Source: Catajapyx aquilonaris
Taxonomy: Eukaryota
Direction of reading: 5' to 3'
NCBI GenBank assembly: GCA_000934665.2
Contig: JYFJ02002621.1
Span: 1-64,000, forward strand
DNA: 64,000 nucleotides
The position numbers and the translations under genes were made by a program. The notes beneath the pieces are model-generated. The model was not told the DNA's origin and searched no databases. It saw only the letters and a list, made by a program, of their open reading frames with translations. Of the stretch, positions 62,838 through 64,000 are shown one piece after another (positions within the stretch are counted from its first letter, which is position 1; each line of letters starts with the position of its first letter).

Positions 62838-64000
62838 TATGAGGGTGAGTCAAATGAAAAAGCAAAGTTGGTTGCCAATGTATGAAATTTGTCATCGTTA
62901 CAATCACTATTGCCCAGCACCATACATAGGTCAGCCAAGGCCCCACTGCAAGTTAGGCTGCACATCCCTTTTCTTGCCCTGACCCCATTCCAATCATAAG
63001 GAATGATAATTATGTACACAAAGTAAAACTTTTCCTCACCATTGCATTGGTGCATCATAATGTCAAACAAAGCCCATTAAATGCTTAGTCGGTGAACTTT
63101 TAATTCTCAAAGGTTGTCATTGAGTCTTTCCATATATGCAATGCCGTGGCCTGCGCATTTTCGATGCTAATAGTAGCAAGGGAAGACAGCCTGTCTTGAC
63201 CCATTCTGCATCTTAAACCCTTTGCTACCAGCTATACCTCCATCGCCTAGATTTTCATTTCTGTTAAAGTTACATATACCAGTACTCTGAAGATAAAAAT
63301 TATGACATTTTACCAATAATAACAGATTTATGCTATGTATGTGTTTGGAACCATTTTCTTCATTTAAAGTCCCTAAATTAATTTCCGAAAGGATCGCCGC
63401 AGAGTATAGCTATACTGCCATCACCTAGATTTTAGCTTGCATGTACTCTGAAGAGAATTGCAAGCTATTTTACAAAATAATAACAGCTATATTCCCATGA
63501 CTTAAAGTTTTTTGATTTTTTGAGGTAGGCAGACATTTGTAGCATGAGCACACTTTGCTTTACAGTACTTCACTTTACAGTGTTTTGCTAATACACACTT
63601 TCAATTATATTCATTTTTATAATTTTCAGCCCTTGCATTGATCTTGCAGTGCATGTGCAATGTGCATATCAGCTGAGGATTATTTTTTTGTTTTCTACTT
63701 TGCATCATTTTTAAGGCTTAGCACTATTTCACATGTAATGTCATTGTGATAGTATAAATGTATTTTAAGGCTCTCATACAGTATGCACTATCATGGGCAA
63801 AAAGTTCATGATTAGCTCTACAATGATCACTTGATGGCATTGGTTTGAAACTGAACTTGCCATATTACCAAGAGCTCTTGATATTACCTAGGTATGCCTG
63901 CAGGTCCCATGACCTCCCACCTGCTTGATCTCCAGTTTGACATGTACTTGCTACCTGACTGGATTTTTTTCTCAGTTTTGCTAAAAACTCTATAAATGAA

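Overview
Eukaryotic, AT-rich, intron-containing invertebrate DNA (most consistent with an arthropod; the taxon is an inference). The window is dominated by a tandem cluster of nine spliced serpin (serine protease inhibitor) genes: seven on the minus strand (A-G, ~3.6-30.9 kb) and two on the plus strand (H, I; ~47.7-62.8 kb). I traced the exons by hand from GT/AG boundaries and phase. Serpin H has one shared scaffold followed by six intact, and possibly one degenerate, alternative terminal exons. Each encodes a different reactive-centre loop, including a furin-type RARR loop with a C-terminal HEEL ER-retrieval signal. Between the two serpin blocks lies a three-level nest of DNA transposons. Its core is a decayed EnSpm/CACTA-like element in which CIDE-N-domain exons appear to be shared between a transposase and a SAMD3-like accessory gene. 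Next to it are the C-terminal exons of a FAM120-like gene. The window also holds an RTE-type LINE 3' end, tRNA-derived SINEs, many MITEs, tight hairpins and probable excision footprints. No database searches were run; family calls rest on motif recognition.
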